In this document: positions 33,579 to 41,886 of the stretch, one piece after another
How positions within the stretch are numbered: position 1 is the first letter of the stretch
How the letters are laid out: every line of letters starts with the position of its first letter
Source of the DNA: Phycisphaerales bacterium UBA5793
Lineage (GTDB): Bacteria > Planctomycetota > Phycisphaerae > Phycisphaerales > UBA5793
Direction: 5' to 3'
Assembly: GCA_002418285.1 (NCBI GenBank)
Contig: DIDT01000045.1
Location: 41,250 to 105,249 of the forward strand
Length of the DNA stretch: 64,000 nucleotides
Notes under the pieces: generated by a model
What the model was told of the DNA's origin: nothing
What the model saw: the letters and a program-made list of their open reading frames with translations, nothing else
The model's database searches: none
Program-made: the position numbers and the translations under genes

Positions 33579-34826
33579 ATGAATACTGGAATCAAAACCG
33601 GTGGCAGGGAATGCAGAGCATCGCTGATCATGTCGATTGGTTTGCTCGCGCTGTATTCAGGAACAGCGACTGCCCAGGATGAAGTCAAGGCTCCGCCGCC
33701 ATGCTTTGCTCCGTGCAGTCAATTGACGGGAAGCCGCGCCATGATTGACTCACCGGCCGATGCCTCGGTGGGCATCGAGGACTTTGTTGTCGATACACGG
33801 GATGGGATGATCGCATATGCACTGGTCGACGCCCATGGCGTGCTGGGCGACACGCGGCGAAGTGTCGCTGTTCCCTATGAGGCATTGACCTGGAGCACTG
33901 AGAAGCACAGATACGAATTGCGTGTGAGCAAGTCGCAACTCAGCCAACTTCCCGAGTTCGATGAAGGCAATATGGCGTATCTCAATGACGCGAACTGGAT
34001 TTCTTCAGTTCGCGCGGCCTTCGGAGACCAGCAGGATCTGAACGATGAGCGCCGTAGGTTCGGAGATGAGTACACGCTCTTCTTCACGAAACGAGAGCCA
34101 GAGCGGATCAAGGGCACGATCACGTCCGTTGATGAGAATGCCAGAACCGCGATGGGTGACGAGTGCCTCTCGCTGACCGTCGAACCTGAGGAAGGCGATG
34201 AGCAGATCGTGTTCGTCGCGCCATCGGATTTCATGAAGAACCAGAAGATCGATCTCAGCCCCGGCAAAGAAGTGGAGGTGACGGCCGTCCGGGCCTTCGA
34301 CGGCAAGATGCAACCGGTCCATGTAGCGCAGTCGGTGCACTGTGACGGATGGCAACTCCGCCTGAGAGACGAACAAGGCATACCGGCCTGGACGACTCGA
34401 GATCGGCCTCACCACCAGACGTACTACGTTCTGGCCACCGACCTGAACAACGGCGAACTGTTCGCTGGTGATGTTGAATTCGGATCAGTGAAGCAGACGA
34501 TCATCGAGATGCACAGTGGGACTGTCGCGTTTTCCATCGTTTCGACAGGGGACATTCTCAACGTGAATGAGATCCTCTACCCGGTTCCTTTTCAGAAGTT
34601 GACGGTCGGTGCTGATGACCACCTGGTCATCGATCTGCCGGCTGATGAGTTGCAGGTGGCGCCAAAGCTCTCCCGCAAGGGGCTTGATGACTTAACGCAC
34701 GCCGGGTTCGTGTCCCGTGTGTTGGCGTACTACGGGATGGACGACAAGCGGGCTTTCGACACCAGCCGTGCGTCCAAGTGGCTCGCGGCTGCTCCTACAT
34801 CTGGAAAGGGAAGGCCAGGCCAGTGA
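33579..34826 (+). CDS. secreted PRC-barrel domain protein (two PRC-barrel-like regions)
   Basis: ATG at 33579 is preceded by GGAGGA. It has a signal peptide. IEDFVVDTRDGMIAYALVDAHGVLGDTRRSVAVPYEALTW...LRVSKSQLSQLPEF and a second similar segment (VKQTIIEMHSGTVAFSIVSTGDIL...YPVPFQKLTV...LQVAPKL) match the PRC-barrel pattern. Confidence 0.7.
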   Translation: MNTGIKTGGRECRASLIMSIGLLALYSGTATAQDEVKAPPPCFAPCSQLTGSRAMIDSPADASVGIEDFVVDTRDGMIAYALVDAHGVLGDTRRSVAVPYEALTWSTEKHRYELRVSKSQLSQLPEFDEGNMAYLNDANWISSVRAAFGDQQDLNDERRRFGDEYTLFFTKREPERIKGTITSVDENARTAMGDECLSLTVEPEEGDEQIVFVAPSDFMKNQKIDLSPGKEVEVTAVRAFDGKMQPVHVAQSVHCDGWQLRLRDEQGIPAWTTRDRPHHQTYYVLATDLNNGELFAGDVEFGSVKQTIIEMHSGTVAFSIVSTGDILNVNEILYPVPFQKLTVGADDHLVIDLPADELQVAPKLSRKGLDDLTHAGFVSRVLAYYGMDDKRAFDTSRASKWLAAAPTSGKGRPGQ

Positions 34827-34901
34827 CTTTTTTGGACTCCTGCTCTCCGCACGTCGATCGTCCACGTCCCTTCGGACGATTTCAGCGAGCAGAGAGCACA
34901 G

Positions 34902-34932
34902 GCGAGCCTGGAACCGAAAGGTCCAGGCTCGC
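34902..34932 (+). terminator. strong hairpin after the PRC-barrel gene (GCGAGCCTGGA-accgaaagg-TCCAGGCTCGC)
   Basis: Perfect 11-bp GC-rich stem with a 9-nt loop, starting 76 nt after the stop codon and followed by ATTTGTG. Confidence 0.55.
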
Positions 34933-35210
34933 ATTTGTGCGAAGAGAGAACGCAAACCAGGGCGTTCGCAGTTCCCTTTTTGGCGAGGAACGAGCATGGC
35001 ACAGAGAGAACTTCCAATGTCGTATCCGCTGCGACACACGCTGTTGCCGTGGCGGGCCCGGCGACCACTCGACGTCATTGCGGGACAACGCAATCTGCCT
35101 CCCGGCCACCGGTCCGCAGATTCGAGCTGCGGTTGCGCAGTTCAACACCACTCCATGCTCAGAGCCGACCCCATGGTGCGGGACGCTCGCATCGCTGAGA
35201 GGAAGCCGCG

Positions 35211-35348
35211 ATGAAGAAACTATCGAGATTCGTTGCCGCGATGATCCTTGGTCTGGATGTCATTCTGATCGCATCGTGCAACACCGTCGAAGGGGCGGGC
35301 AAGGACATTCAGAAGGTGGGGGAGGCTATTCAAGATGCAGCCGACTAA
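35211..35348 (+). CDS. entericidin A/B-family small lipoprotein (45 aa; not in the supplied ORF track)
   Basis: My translation is MKKLSRFVAAMILGLDVILIASCNTVEGAGKDIQKVGEAIQDAAD*. The lipobox is IASC, followed by the CNT.EG.GKD...G..I motif typical of EcnA/EcnB. A GAGAGGAAG RBS-like stretch lies upstream. Confidence 0.75.
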   Translation: MKKLSRFVAAMILGLDVILIASCNTVEGAGKDIQKVGEAIQDAAD

Positions 35349-35595
35349 CGACCAGCACGAGGAGGTTCAGCTCGTGAACATAATGACCTACAGATTCCCC
35401 GTGCTAGTCGTCCCCGACTTGCCTCCCTCCCAGCAATCCTGGGTCAAGCGTCCGGAAGGCAAGTGCGCGCCTCAGGGCCACAAGTCCAGCAGTCCGGCCT
35501 CAACGGTGATCGAAAACGCGGGGAATCCTGGCGAGGATCGCGCCGATCCAGACGCTGATCGCTAGCGGGGCTTCAGAATCGGAACGGGGGGCCGA

Positions 35596-36084
35596 ATGCT
35601 CGGTTGGGTTCTCACATTCGTGGTCATTACCGTCGCCACAGGCGTCTGCGGCCTCAGCGGAGTCGGAGGACCACTGGCGAGTGTCTTCAAGGCCATCTCA
35701 GTCGTGTTCCTGGTGCCTGTGGCGGATGTTCTGCTGCTGGTCACATTGAGGGCATTTGGCCGTGTGATGCGGGACCGCACACCCGTAAATCTCAGCAGCG
35801 CAGAACGCTCGTCCACCTTGAAAAGCCCAGGCAAGAGAGGATCTCCAAATCGAGGCTACGCGGCCCGCGCCCAGCAAAGCAAATGCGATCGCAAGACTAC
35901 TCTCATGCATGGCGTTTGCGGCACCCTCTACATCCTTCCTTGCGGTCCTCGCGAGCGTCCGCACGGTCGATTTCGGCGGCGTCCACGAGTCTGTGGGGTG
36001 AGATCCGCGGACCAGCCGCCTCCACCGACGCGAGCCCGGGCCCGGGCTCGAACCCACTGCAATCCGTGTCGCACGCCATCGTGA
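35596..36084 (+). CDS. DUF1328 (UPF0391/YtjA-like) small membrane protein; only the first 55 or so codons look genuine
   Basis: MLGWVLTFVVITVATGVCGLSGVGGPLASVFKAISVVFLVPVADVLLLV matches the DUF1328 pattern. The frame has no stop until 36082-36084, but the Arg/Pro-rich tail with poorer third-position GC bias looks non-coding and overlaps a better-looking antisense ORF. Confidence 0.6.
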   Translation: MLGWVLTFVVITVATGVCGLSGVGGPLASVFKAISVVFLVPVADVLLLVTLRAFGRVMRDRTPVNLSSAERSSTLKSPGKRGSPNRGYAARAQQSKCDRKTTLMHGVCGTLYILPCGPRERPHGRFRRRPRVCGVRSADQPPPPTRARARARTHCNPCRTPS

Positions 36085-36294
36085 TAGTCGCTGTGCCACC
36101 CGTCGCAGCGGGATGCATTGCGGTGCCAGAGCCGCCGCAGAGACAGGCGGTGCTGCTCAGGCCGTTCATGATTATGAGCGGCCAGGACGAGTAGTTGGTG
36201 CACTGACGGGCGTCGGACATAAAAACGGGACAGGTACGTTTACTTCAGGCGACGATTACATCGCTCACCGCGGCCAGCGCGCCCACAACTTGGC

Positions 36295-36480
36295 ATGCCT
36301 CGGACCGCTCGAACTACGCACGGCGGCTATGCCTGCCACGTGCTCAATCGTGGCGTCAAGCGCATGGCTATCTTCGAAGTCATGCAGGTCAGGTCGAGAC
36401 CTGACAACGCAGCGATGTCTGCAGCAACACGAATCGTCCCGTTCGGGCAGCCGCGCGAACGTCATGCTGTCAGGTCCTGA
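36295..36480 (+). pseudogene. N-terminal remnant of an IS200/RAYT-like (Y1 HUH) transposase
   Basis: MPRTARTTHGGYACHVLNRGVKRMAIFE matches the conserved N-terminus of REP-associated tyrosine transposases (..R.AR....GY.YHV.NRG......F). Similarity ends at about codon 28, where the palindromes GTCAGGT-cgag-ACCTGAC (36387-36404) and GTCAGGtCCTGAC (36468-36480) occur. The HUH/Tyr regions are absent. Confidence 0.55.
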
Positions 36481-37443
36481 CCTGACCTGCGCGAGACGTC
36501 CGGCCGCCGTGCCATCGCGTCCGGGCGTTAGCCGCTGCCCTCATCCTGATTCAATTGACTTCATTGTGCACCTTCGTGTCTTTCGAGACTTCGTGGTGAA
36601 TGCACTTCGCGCGCCATCTTCAACACCCTCCCTCACGGTCGCCGTTCGGTCCTGAGCTCACCGCCGAAGGGGGCTCGGATCCAACTCCAATCCGATGCTT
36701 CTCCCCGCCCTCCGGCGCTTTGCCGCCCTGAGCGAGGCTCCGCGAGTCGATGGGTCGCGATCTTCGCGGTAAGTTGCCTTTCTTCCGCGTTCCCGCCCAA
36801 TCCCGTGCCTTTCCTTGTGCCTTCTTTGTGTGGTGGTGACTTTGTGGTGAGAGACTTCGCCTCCCGCACGTTCGCGCACGATCGCAAGTGCATCCCGTGC
36901 GCTGTCTTCTCGAAAACACAAAAAAGTTGACCAGAACTCCAAATCACCCCCCTCAGAAAAATGAAATCGACGAAAATTCCTGATTCGGCCCGCACAGAGG
37001 CGCTCATTTACACAAACGCGCGCCGCAGCGCGCGCCGCAGCGCGCGCCAGCGCTCAAAAATCGCGCACAGGAGCGCTCTGAAGCGCATGAAAAATGCCCA
37101 ACATGGTGCATCTCCGTGTTGGCACGCATTTTGCGTCGCACATTTTCTGAAACCGCCACACACGCCGCGTCGCCCGCGAAAAAACTCGGCCCACCGGAGC
37201 GCTGCACATTGAAGCGAGTCGCGATTCTGATGCCCCAGTGATTGGCGTCGCGCACACCCGCGCACGCGAATCGCCATGGGTAGACATGCTTTTCAATCAC
37301 CCACAACTCGACATCGTCACTGACGACTCGACCAGACCGACGCGCCAGCGAGGAAGAACGACGTCCCGAAATCGGACTCTTCGCTCGCGCGTCAGTCTGA
37401 TTCACCCAATCACCCCACCGAGTGCCTGATGTCTGACTCTGCC

Positions 37444-38310
37444 TCAATCTTCCGGAGCGTTCTTCGCCACGCGGCTGCGGAACTCCTCGGTCAACCGGCG
37501 GCAGACCGGGCCGATGGCGCCGTTGCCGATCACCGTTTCATCGATCTGCGAGACCGCGATCATCTCCGCCGCCGTGCCCGTCAGGAAGACTTCATCCGCG
37601 GCCTTGAGTTCATCAAGGCGGAACAGCCGCTCTTCGCAGGCGATCTTCAGATCGCTGCACAGCGACTTGGCGAACGCGCGGGTTACGCCCTTGAGCAGGC
37701 CGGCCGAGTCGGGTGGCGTCGTCACTTTGCCGTCCTTGACCATGAAGATGTTGTCGCCGGTGCATTCGGCGACGTAGCCCTCGTGATTGAGCATGATCGC
37801 TTCGAGCACGCCCGCGTCGATTGCTTCGATCTTGGCGAGGATGTTGTTGAGGTAGTTGAGGCTCTTAATGCTCGGGTCCAGCGCCGCGGGCAGATTGCGC
37901 GGCCGCCTGGCCGTGATCACTTTCATCCCGCTCTCGTAGAGAGCTGGCGGATACAACTCGATCGAGTCGGTGATGATGAAGCAGCTTGGGTTGGGGCAGC
38001 GGAACGGATTGAGTCCGAGCGTGCCCACGCCGCGCGTCATCACCACGCGGATGTACCCGTTGGTCAACCCGTTGGCACCCAGTGTCTGACGCATCGCATC
38101 GATCCACTGCTCGTGGGTGTAGGGCGACTTGAGGCGAATGGACTCGGCGGAGGCGAAGAGGCGATCGATGTGCGACGCGGCTTTGAAGATGCGGCCGTTG
38201 TAGGCGCGAATGCCCTCGAAGCAGCCATCGCCGTACAGCAGGCCGTGGTCGAAGACACTGACCACCGCTTGAGCGCGCGGCACCAGGTTTCCATCCATCC
38301 AGATCTGCAA
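37444..38310 (-). CDS. ilvE: branched-chain amino acid aminotransferase (fold-type IV PLP enzyme)
   Basis: 288 aa. MQIWMDGNLVPRAQAVVSVFDHGLLYGDGCFEGIRAYNGRIF...HIDRL..SA..I...YIRVVMTRG.G.LGLNP...IKSLNYLNNILAK.EA...G..EAIMLN..G.V.E.TG.NIF.VK.G...TP......L.G.TR is the classic IlvE/DAAT pattern. Confidence 0.9.
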   Translation of the reverse strand: MQIWMDGNLVPRAQAVVSVFDHGLLYGDGCFEGIRAYNGRIFKAASHIDRLFASAESIRLKSPYTHEQWIDAMRQTLGANGLTNGYIRVVMTRGVGTLGLNPFRCPNPSCFIITDSIELYPPALYESGMKVITARRPRNLPAALDPSIKSLNYLNNILAKIEAIDAGVLEAIMLNHEGYVAECTGDNIFMVKDGKVTTPPDSAGLLKGVTRAFAKSLCSDLKIACEERLFRLDELKAADEVFLTGTAAEMIAVSQIDETVIGNGAIGPVCRRLTEEFRSRVAKNAPED

Positions 38311-38502
38311 GGCGCAACCCTTTCGTCGATCACGCGGTCATGGTCACTGGATCCGTCCACCGGATCGCAGCAGTATATGCCCGCCATCGCGTTTCACCGA
38401 TTCCCGGGGTCTTCAAACCACGCGCAATCGCCAGAAAGCAAAGACGCCCGCCACAGGAACGCGACGGGCGGGAAGAAACAAGGCATCGACCCCAAGGCAA
38501 TC

Positions 38503-40926
38503 TCACTGCTGCGAGGTGAGGTAGCCGAGGATTCTGTCGTCAACCGTAGAGTGCAGGCAATCGGGCGTCATGACCCAGGTGAGAATCTTGTTGCTCGATC
38601 CGCGTGCGAGCCACACGACGCAGCCGACATCGACCAGTTGTTCATCGCTGCCCAGCAGCGAGCCAATGACCTGCTCTGCGTCATCCACCTGGTTCTTCTC
38701 GATATCGACCGGACCAACGCGGCTGACTTCGGTGCGAATGCGGGCGTCGAGCGTGGCCTCCATCTCGCTGTCGGCGAGCGGCTCAAAGCCAAGGCTCGAG
38801 AGCAGTTGGCCGATCTGCGCCACTCGCTCGCGAACCGCGGCGCTGCGCAGATCAGGATGGTCATTGATGATGAGGTAATGGCTGGGCATGCTGGACACCG
38901 AGGCGATGAGATCAGGATCGATTGCGGGGGATGCGACAGCTGGCGGAGCGTCGGGGTGGCCGGCATGCGGCGGCAGACTGATGACGACACCGCTGCTCGG
39001 ATTAATGGAGATCGCCGCCCGGGCGTTGTCGATCGCGTTATCGATACTCCGCCGAATTGTTACGGACGGACTGTTTGCACGGCGGGCGCTGCCCCACGTC
39101 ACCAGCGAAGCCAACCCAACCACTCCGAGCACAGCAATCGCTGCGACGATCATGCCGCCGGTGACGCGCTCAGCGGGATGCTGGAACTGATAGCGCCTCG
39201 CACGAGCCGCTCGACGCCGCTCCTGGGCGCGGGCCCGAGCGTTGGAAATCTGCTCGAAGGCCGACTGGCGCGGACCATCGCCGAAGTTGATCCGAACACC
39301 TTGTGGACCGGGCGTTGCGGCTGCATCGCCGCCGCGCACTTCATGCAGGGCGCGCTTGACTTCGGAGCGGATGTTGGCTGCGGCCCGGCGGAACTCGTCC
39401 TTGGCCTGGTGCAACCCGGCCACACCCGCCACCGACGCGGCACGGGCATTGACGCCGCCGATGCGGCCGGTCCACCAGTTCGCGACTTTCACGTGCGGTC
39501 GCGAATACGAGCCGGTGCCGACTCCGGCGCCAACTGCCGCCGCACCAACCGCAGCGGCTGCGGCTGCGCCGGCCGCGGGTCCCCCGAAGGAAACGAACTC
39601 TGGTTGAGGCGTTGCAATGTCCTCGACACCGACGTCGTCCGCCTGCATGCTGGGCAGTTCGGCGGGCTTCATCGCCCACACATTCGGATGACGGCGCGCG
39701 GCTTCGAGATCGCGGAGCATCAGATCCGCCGAGGCGTAGCGCTGGTTGTACTCGGTCATGCCGCGGCGCACGATCCACTTGACCGCATCGGGGCAGCGCT
39801 TGGTGACCGTGCTCAATCCGCCGTGCGACGGGAATGTTCCTTCGAGGGCGAAGTAGAGCACGGCGGCGGCGCCGTAAATGTCAAACTTCGCGCCATCGAC
39901 CTCGTGAACCTTCACGCCGCGAAGCGCCATTCGGACCATTTCGGGATCGCGGAAGTACTCAGTGCCATGTGTGGTCAGGGTCATGGCGGAACGCAGCGAG
40001 GTGACCAGCCCCAGATCGACGACATGCGCCTGGCCGGCGTGGACAACGATGTTCTCCGGCTTGATGTCCTTGTGCCACAGTCCGCCGCGGTGGTACTGGT
40101 TGAGCGTGGCGACGACGTCGGACATGTAGCCGAGCATCTCCTGCATTTGCCGCTCGGAAAGCCCCTTGTCACCGCTGACGGCATGGTACTGCCGCGCCAC
40201 GGTGCCGAGGTTTTCGCCGGGCACATAGGGCATGATGTAGAAGAACCGATCTTCGGTCAGTTCGTGCTCGATGATCAAACCGATCTGGCGGGCTCCTTCC
40301 AGAGCGCGCGACTCGCGGACTATCTGAGGCAGGCTCGATCCATCGGCGATGGCGAACGACTTGATGACCACGCGGTCAGGACAGGCGCCCATCTGGCGAG
40401 TGATGCGCTCGCGCTTGGCAGGCGACGGCTCGGCCACGTAGAGCCGTCCGCCGCTCCCGCCGCCGGGCAGCGAGCCGACGATCGTGTAACCCTCGAATTG
40501 CCCCGCACGACGACTGGGCCGTTCGCGACCCGGCGCTTCGGCGACGGCCGCGGGGACGCGTTGCTCGATGCCCTCGAGCATCGAACCGAGGCCGATGAGG
40601 CGCAGCGGATGCGAGATGGCGACGCGGTAAAGGCACGAGGCCATGGTCTTGATCTCGTGCTGGACGTTGGCGCCGAAGTGGGCGCTCGCGGACCAGCGGC
40701 CGATGACCACGTTGAGAACGCTGAGCAGTGCAAAGACGACCGCCGCGGGAATCGCACCGACGAATCGGAAGATGTCGCGAAACATGCCGCCGATGAACTG
40801 GCCGATGTGCCCAAGCAGGAAGCCGATCGCTTTGAAGAGCGGCACGATGATGAACATGACCACACCCGTGAGGATGATGGCCCCGACCAGTGCCGCGATG
40901 ACTGCCACAATAGGTGCTACTGCCAT
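38503..40926 (-). CDS. membrane-bound Ser/Thr protein kinase
   Basis: 807 aa with N-terminal TM helices, a kinase core (VVIKSF, HKDIKPENIVV, VDLGLV, GTEYFRDPE), a second TM (GGMIVAAIAVLGVVGLASLV) and a C-terminal extracytoplasmic domain. It starts 26 nt downstream of an ECF sigma gene. Confidence 0.85.
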   Translation of the reverse strand: MAVAPIVAVIAALVGAIILTGVVMFIIVPLFKAIGFLLGHIGQFIGGMFRDIFRFVGAIPAAVVFALLSVLNVVIGRWSASAHFGANVQHEIKTMASCLYRVAISHPLRLIGLGSMLEGIEQRVPAAVAEAPGRERPSRRAGQFEGYTIVGSLPGGGSGGRLYVAEPSPAKRERITRQMGACPDRVVIKSFAIADGSSLPQIVRESRALEGARQIGLIIEHELTEDRFFYIMPYVPGENLGTVARQYHAVSGDKGLSERQMQEMLGYMSDVVATLNQYHRGGLWHKDIKPENIVVHAGQAHVVDLGLVTSLRSAMTLTTHGTEYFRDPEMVRMALRGVKVHEVDGAKFDIYGAAAVLYFALEGTFPSHGGLSTVTKRCPDAVKWIVRRGMTEYNQRYASADLMLRDLEAARRHPNVWAMKPAELPSMQADDVGVEDIATPQPEFVSFGGPAAGAAAAAAVGAAAVGAGVGTGSYSRPHVKVANWWTGRIGGVNARAASVAGVAGLHQAKDEFRRAAANIRSEVKRALHEVRGGDAAATPGPQGVRINFGDGPRQSAFEQISNARARAQERRRAARARRYQFQHPAERVTGGMIVAAIAVLGVVGLASLVTWGSARRANSPSVTIRRSIDNAIDNARAAISINPSSGVVISLPPHAGHPDAPPAVASPAIDPDLIASVSSMPSHYLIINDHPDLRSAAVRERVAQIGQLLSSLGFEPLADSEMEATLDARIRTEVSRVGPVDIEKNQVDDAEQVIGSLLGSDEQLVDVGCVVWLARGSSNKILTWVMTPDCLHSTVDDRILGYLTSQQ

Positions 40927-40952
40927 GACTCCGGCCTCCGCACAATAAGCCG

Positions 40953-41684
40953 TCAGAACCGATCGGTGGTCTGGTTTGTCGGCGACTGCAACTGCTGGTG
41001 ATAGATCTCGCTGAGCGAGTTGTCGAAGAGTTCGTCGTCCTGGTACAGGCCGGCCTCTTCCGCCTCGCGTGCTTCTTCATCGGTAAAACTGAATGTCGCC
41101 ACGGTTTCAGCGAGCCGGCGCCGCAGACTCTGGCGCACCTTGGCCAGATGTCGGCTCACGGTCGGTTCGGAGATGCCCAACTGCGAGGAGACGTCCTTGC
41201 CGCTCATGCCGTCGAACACCCGCATGCGATACACCTGAAAACTGACAAAATCGGAATCCTTCTCGACCTTGCGAACGGCGGCCTCGACCTTGGCGCGGAA
41301 GACGCCGCGCTCGTAGGTCTCGTCGGCTTCAAGTGCAGCCGAGGCGCCCATGAAGGTTTCGTCGAGGGTGATGCCGCGATGGCCGCCGCCGCGCTTGAGC
41401 GCCCCGCGTCGGTCCATTTCATCGCCCAGCGTGTGCCGCGCGATGCTCAGCAGCCAGGTGCTGAATCGGGCGCCGCGCGCGGGGTCGTATCGGTCGATCG
41501 ACTTGGAAAGAGCGGCGAGCGTCTCCTGGCTGAGGTCGCGCACGGTTTCGGCACCGACCTTGCCGCGCCCCCACTTGGCGAGTTGAGCCTGCAGGACAGG
41601 TCCGAAGACTTCCCAGAGTTCGAACCAGGCGGAGTCATCCCCTTCGCGGAGGCGGCGGACGAAGTTGGTCGTTAGCGCATTCAT
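40953..41684 (-). CDS. ECF/sigma-70 family RNA polymerase sigma factor with an acidic C-terminal extension
   Basis: Region 2-like: FELWEVFGPVLQAQL...SQETLAALSKSIDRYDPARGARFSTWLLSIARHTLGDE. Region 4-like: FQVYRMRVFDGMSGKDVSSQLGISEPTVSRHLAKVRQSLRRRL. Confidence 0.8.
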   Translation of the reverse strand: MNALTTNFVRRLREGDDSAWFELWEVFGPVLQAQLAKWGRGKVGAETVRDLSQETLAALSKSIDRYDPARGARFSTWLLSIARHTLGDEMDRRGALKRGGGHRGITLDETFMGASAALEADETYERGVFRAKVEAAVRKVEKDSDFVSFQVYRMRVFDGMSGKDVSSQLGISEPTVSRHLAKVRQSLRRRLAETVATFSFTDEEAREAEEAGLYQDDELFDNSLSEIYHQQLQSPTNQTTDRF

Positions 41685-41886
41685 GTCGTCACTGTCCTTG
41701 TTCCGCTTTGGGAGTCCGCAGTTTCACGAGGCGAAGCCACCCGAACATCGCCCTATCATGGAATGAAGCCCCCCACGACACCACATTATAAGGTGCCACC
41801 AATCTCTGCGGGGTCAAGTTCAGGGGAGTCAATGCGGACAAGACGGGCGCCCGAGCGGCGTGTTGGTCGAGGAGTACGATTGAGCA

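Noticed and set aside
36030-36060. tRNA-like T-arm string GGGCTCGAACCC
   Set aside because: No acceptor, D or anticodon stems can be drawn around it on either strand, and the flanking stem halves are not complementary.
38440-38480. Possible terminator after the membrane kinase (CCCGCC…GGCGGG)
   Set aside because: It has only a 6-bp stem with a 14-nt loop and an interrupted T-tract, which is too weak to call.
37429-41001. Very long plus-strand ORF (1190 aa)
   Set aside because: It runs antisense to ilvE, the membrane kinase and part of the sigma gene, all of which have clear family motifs on the minus strand. Its translation is low-complexity and Arg/Ala/Gly-rich. This is a typical shadow ORF in high-GC DNA.
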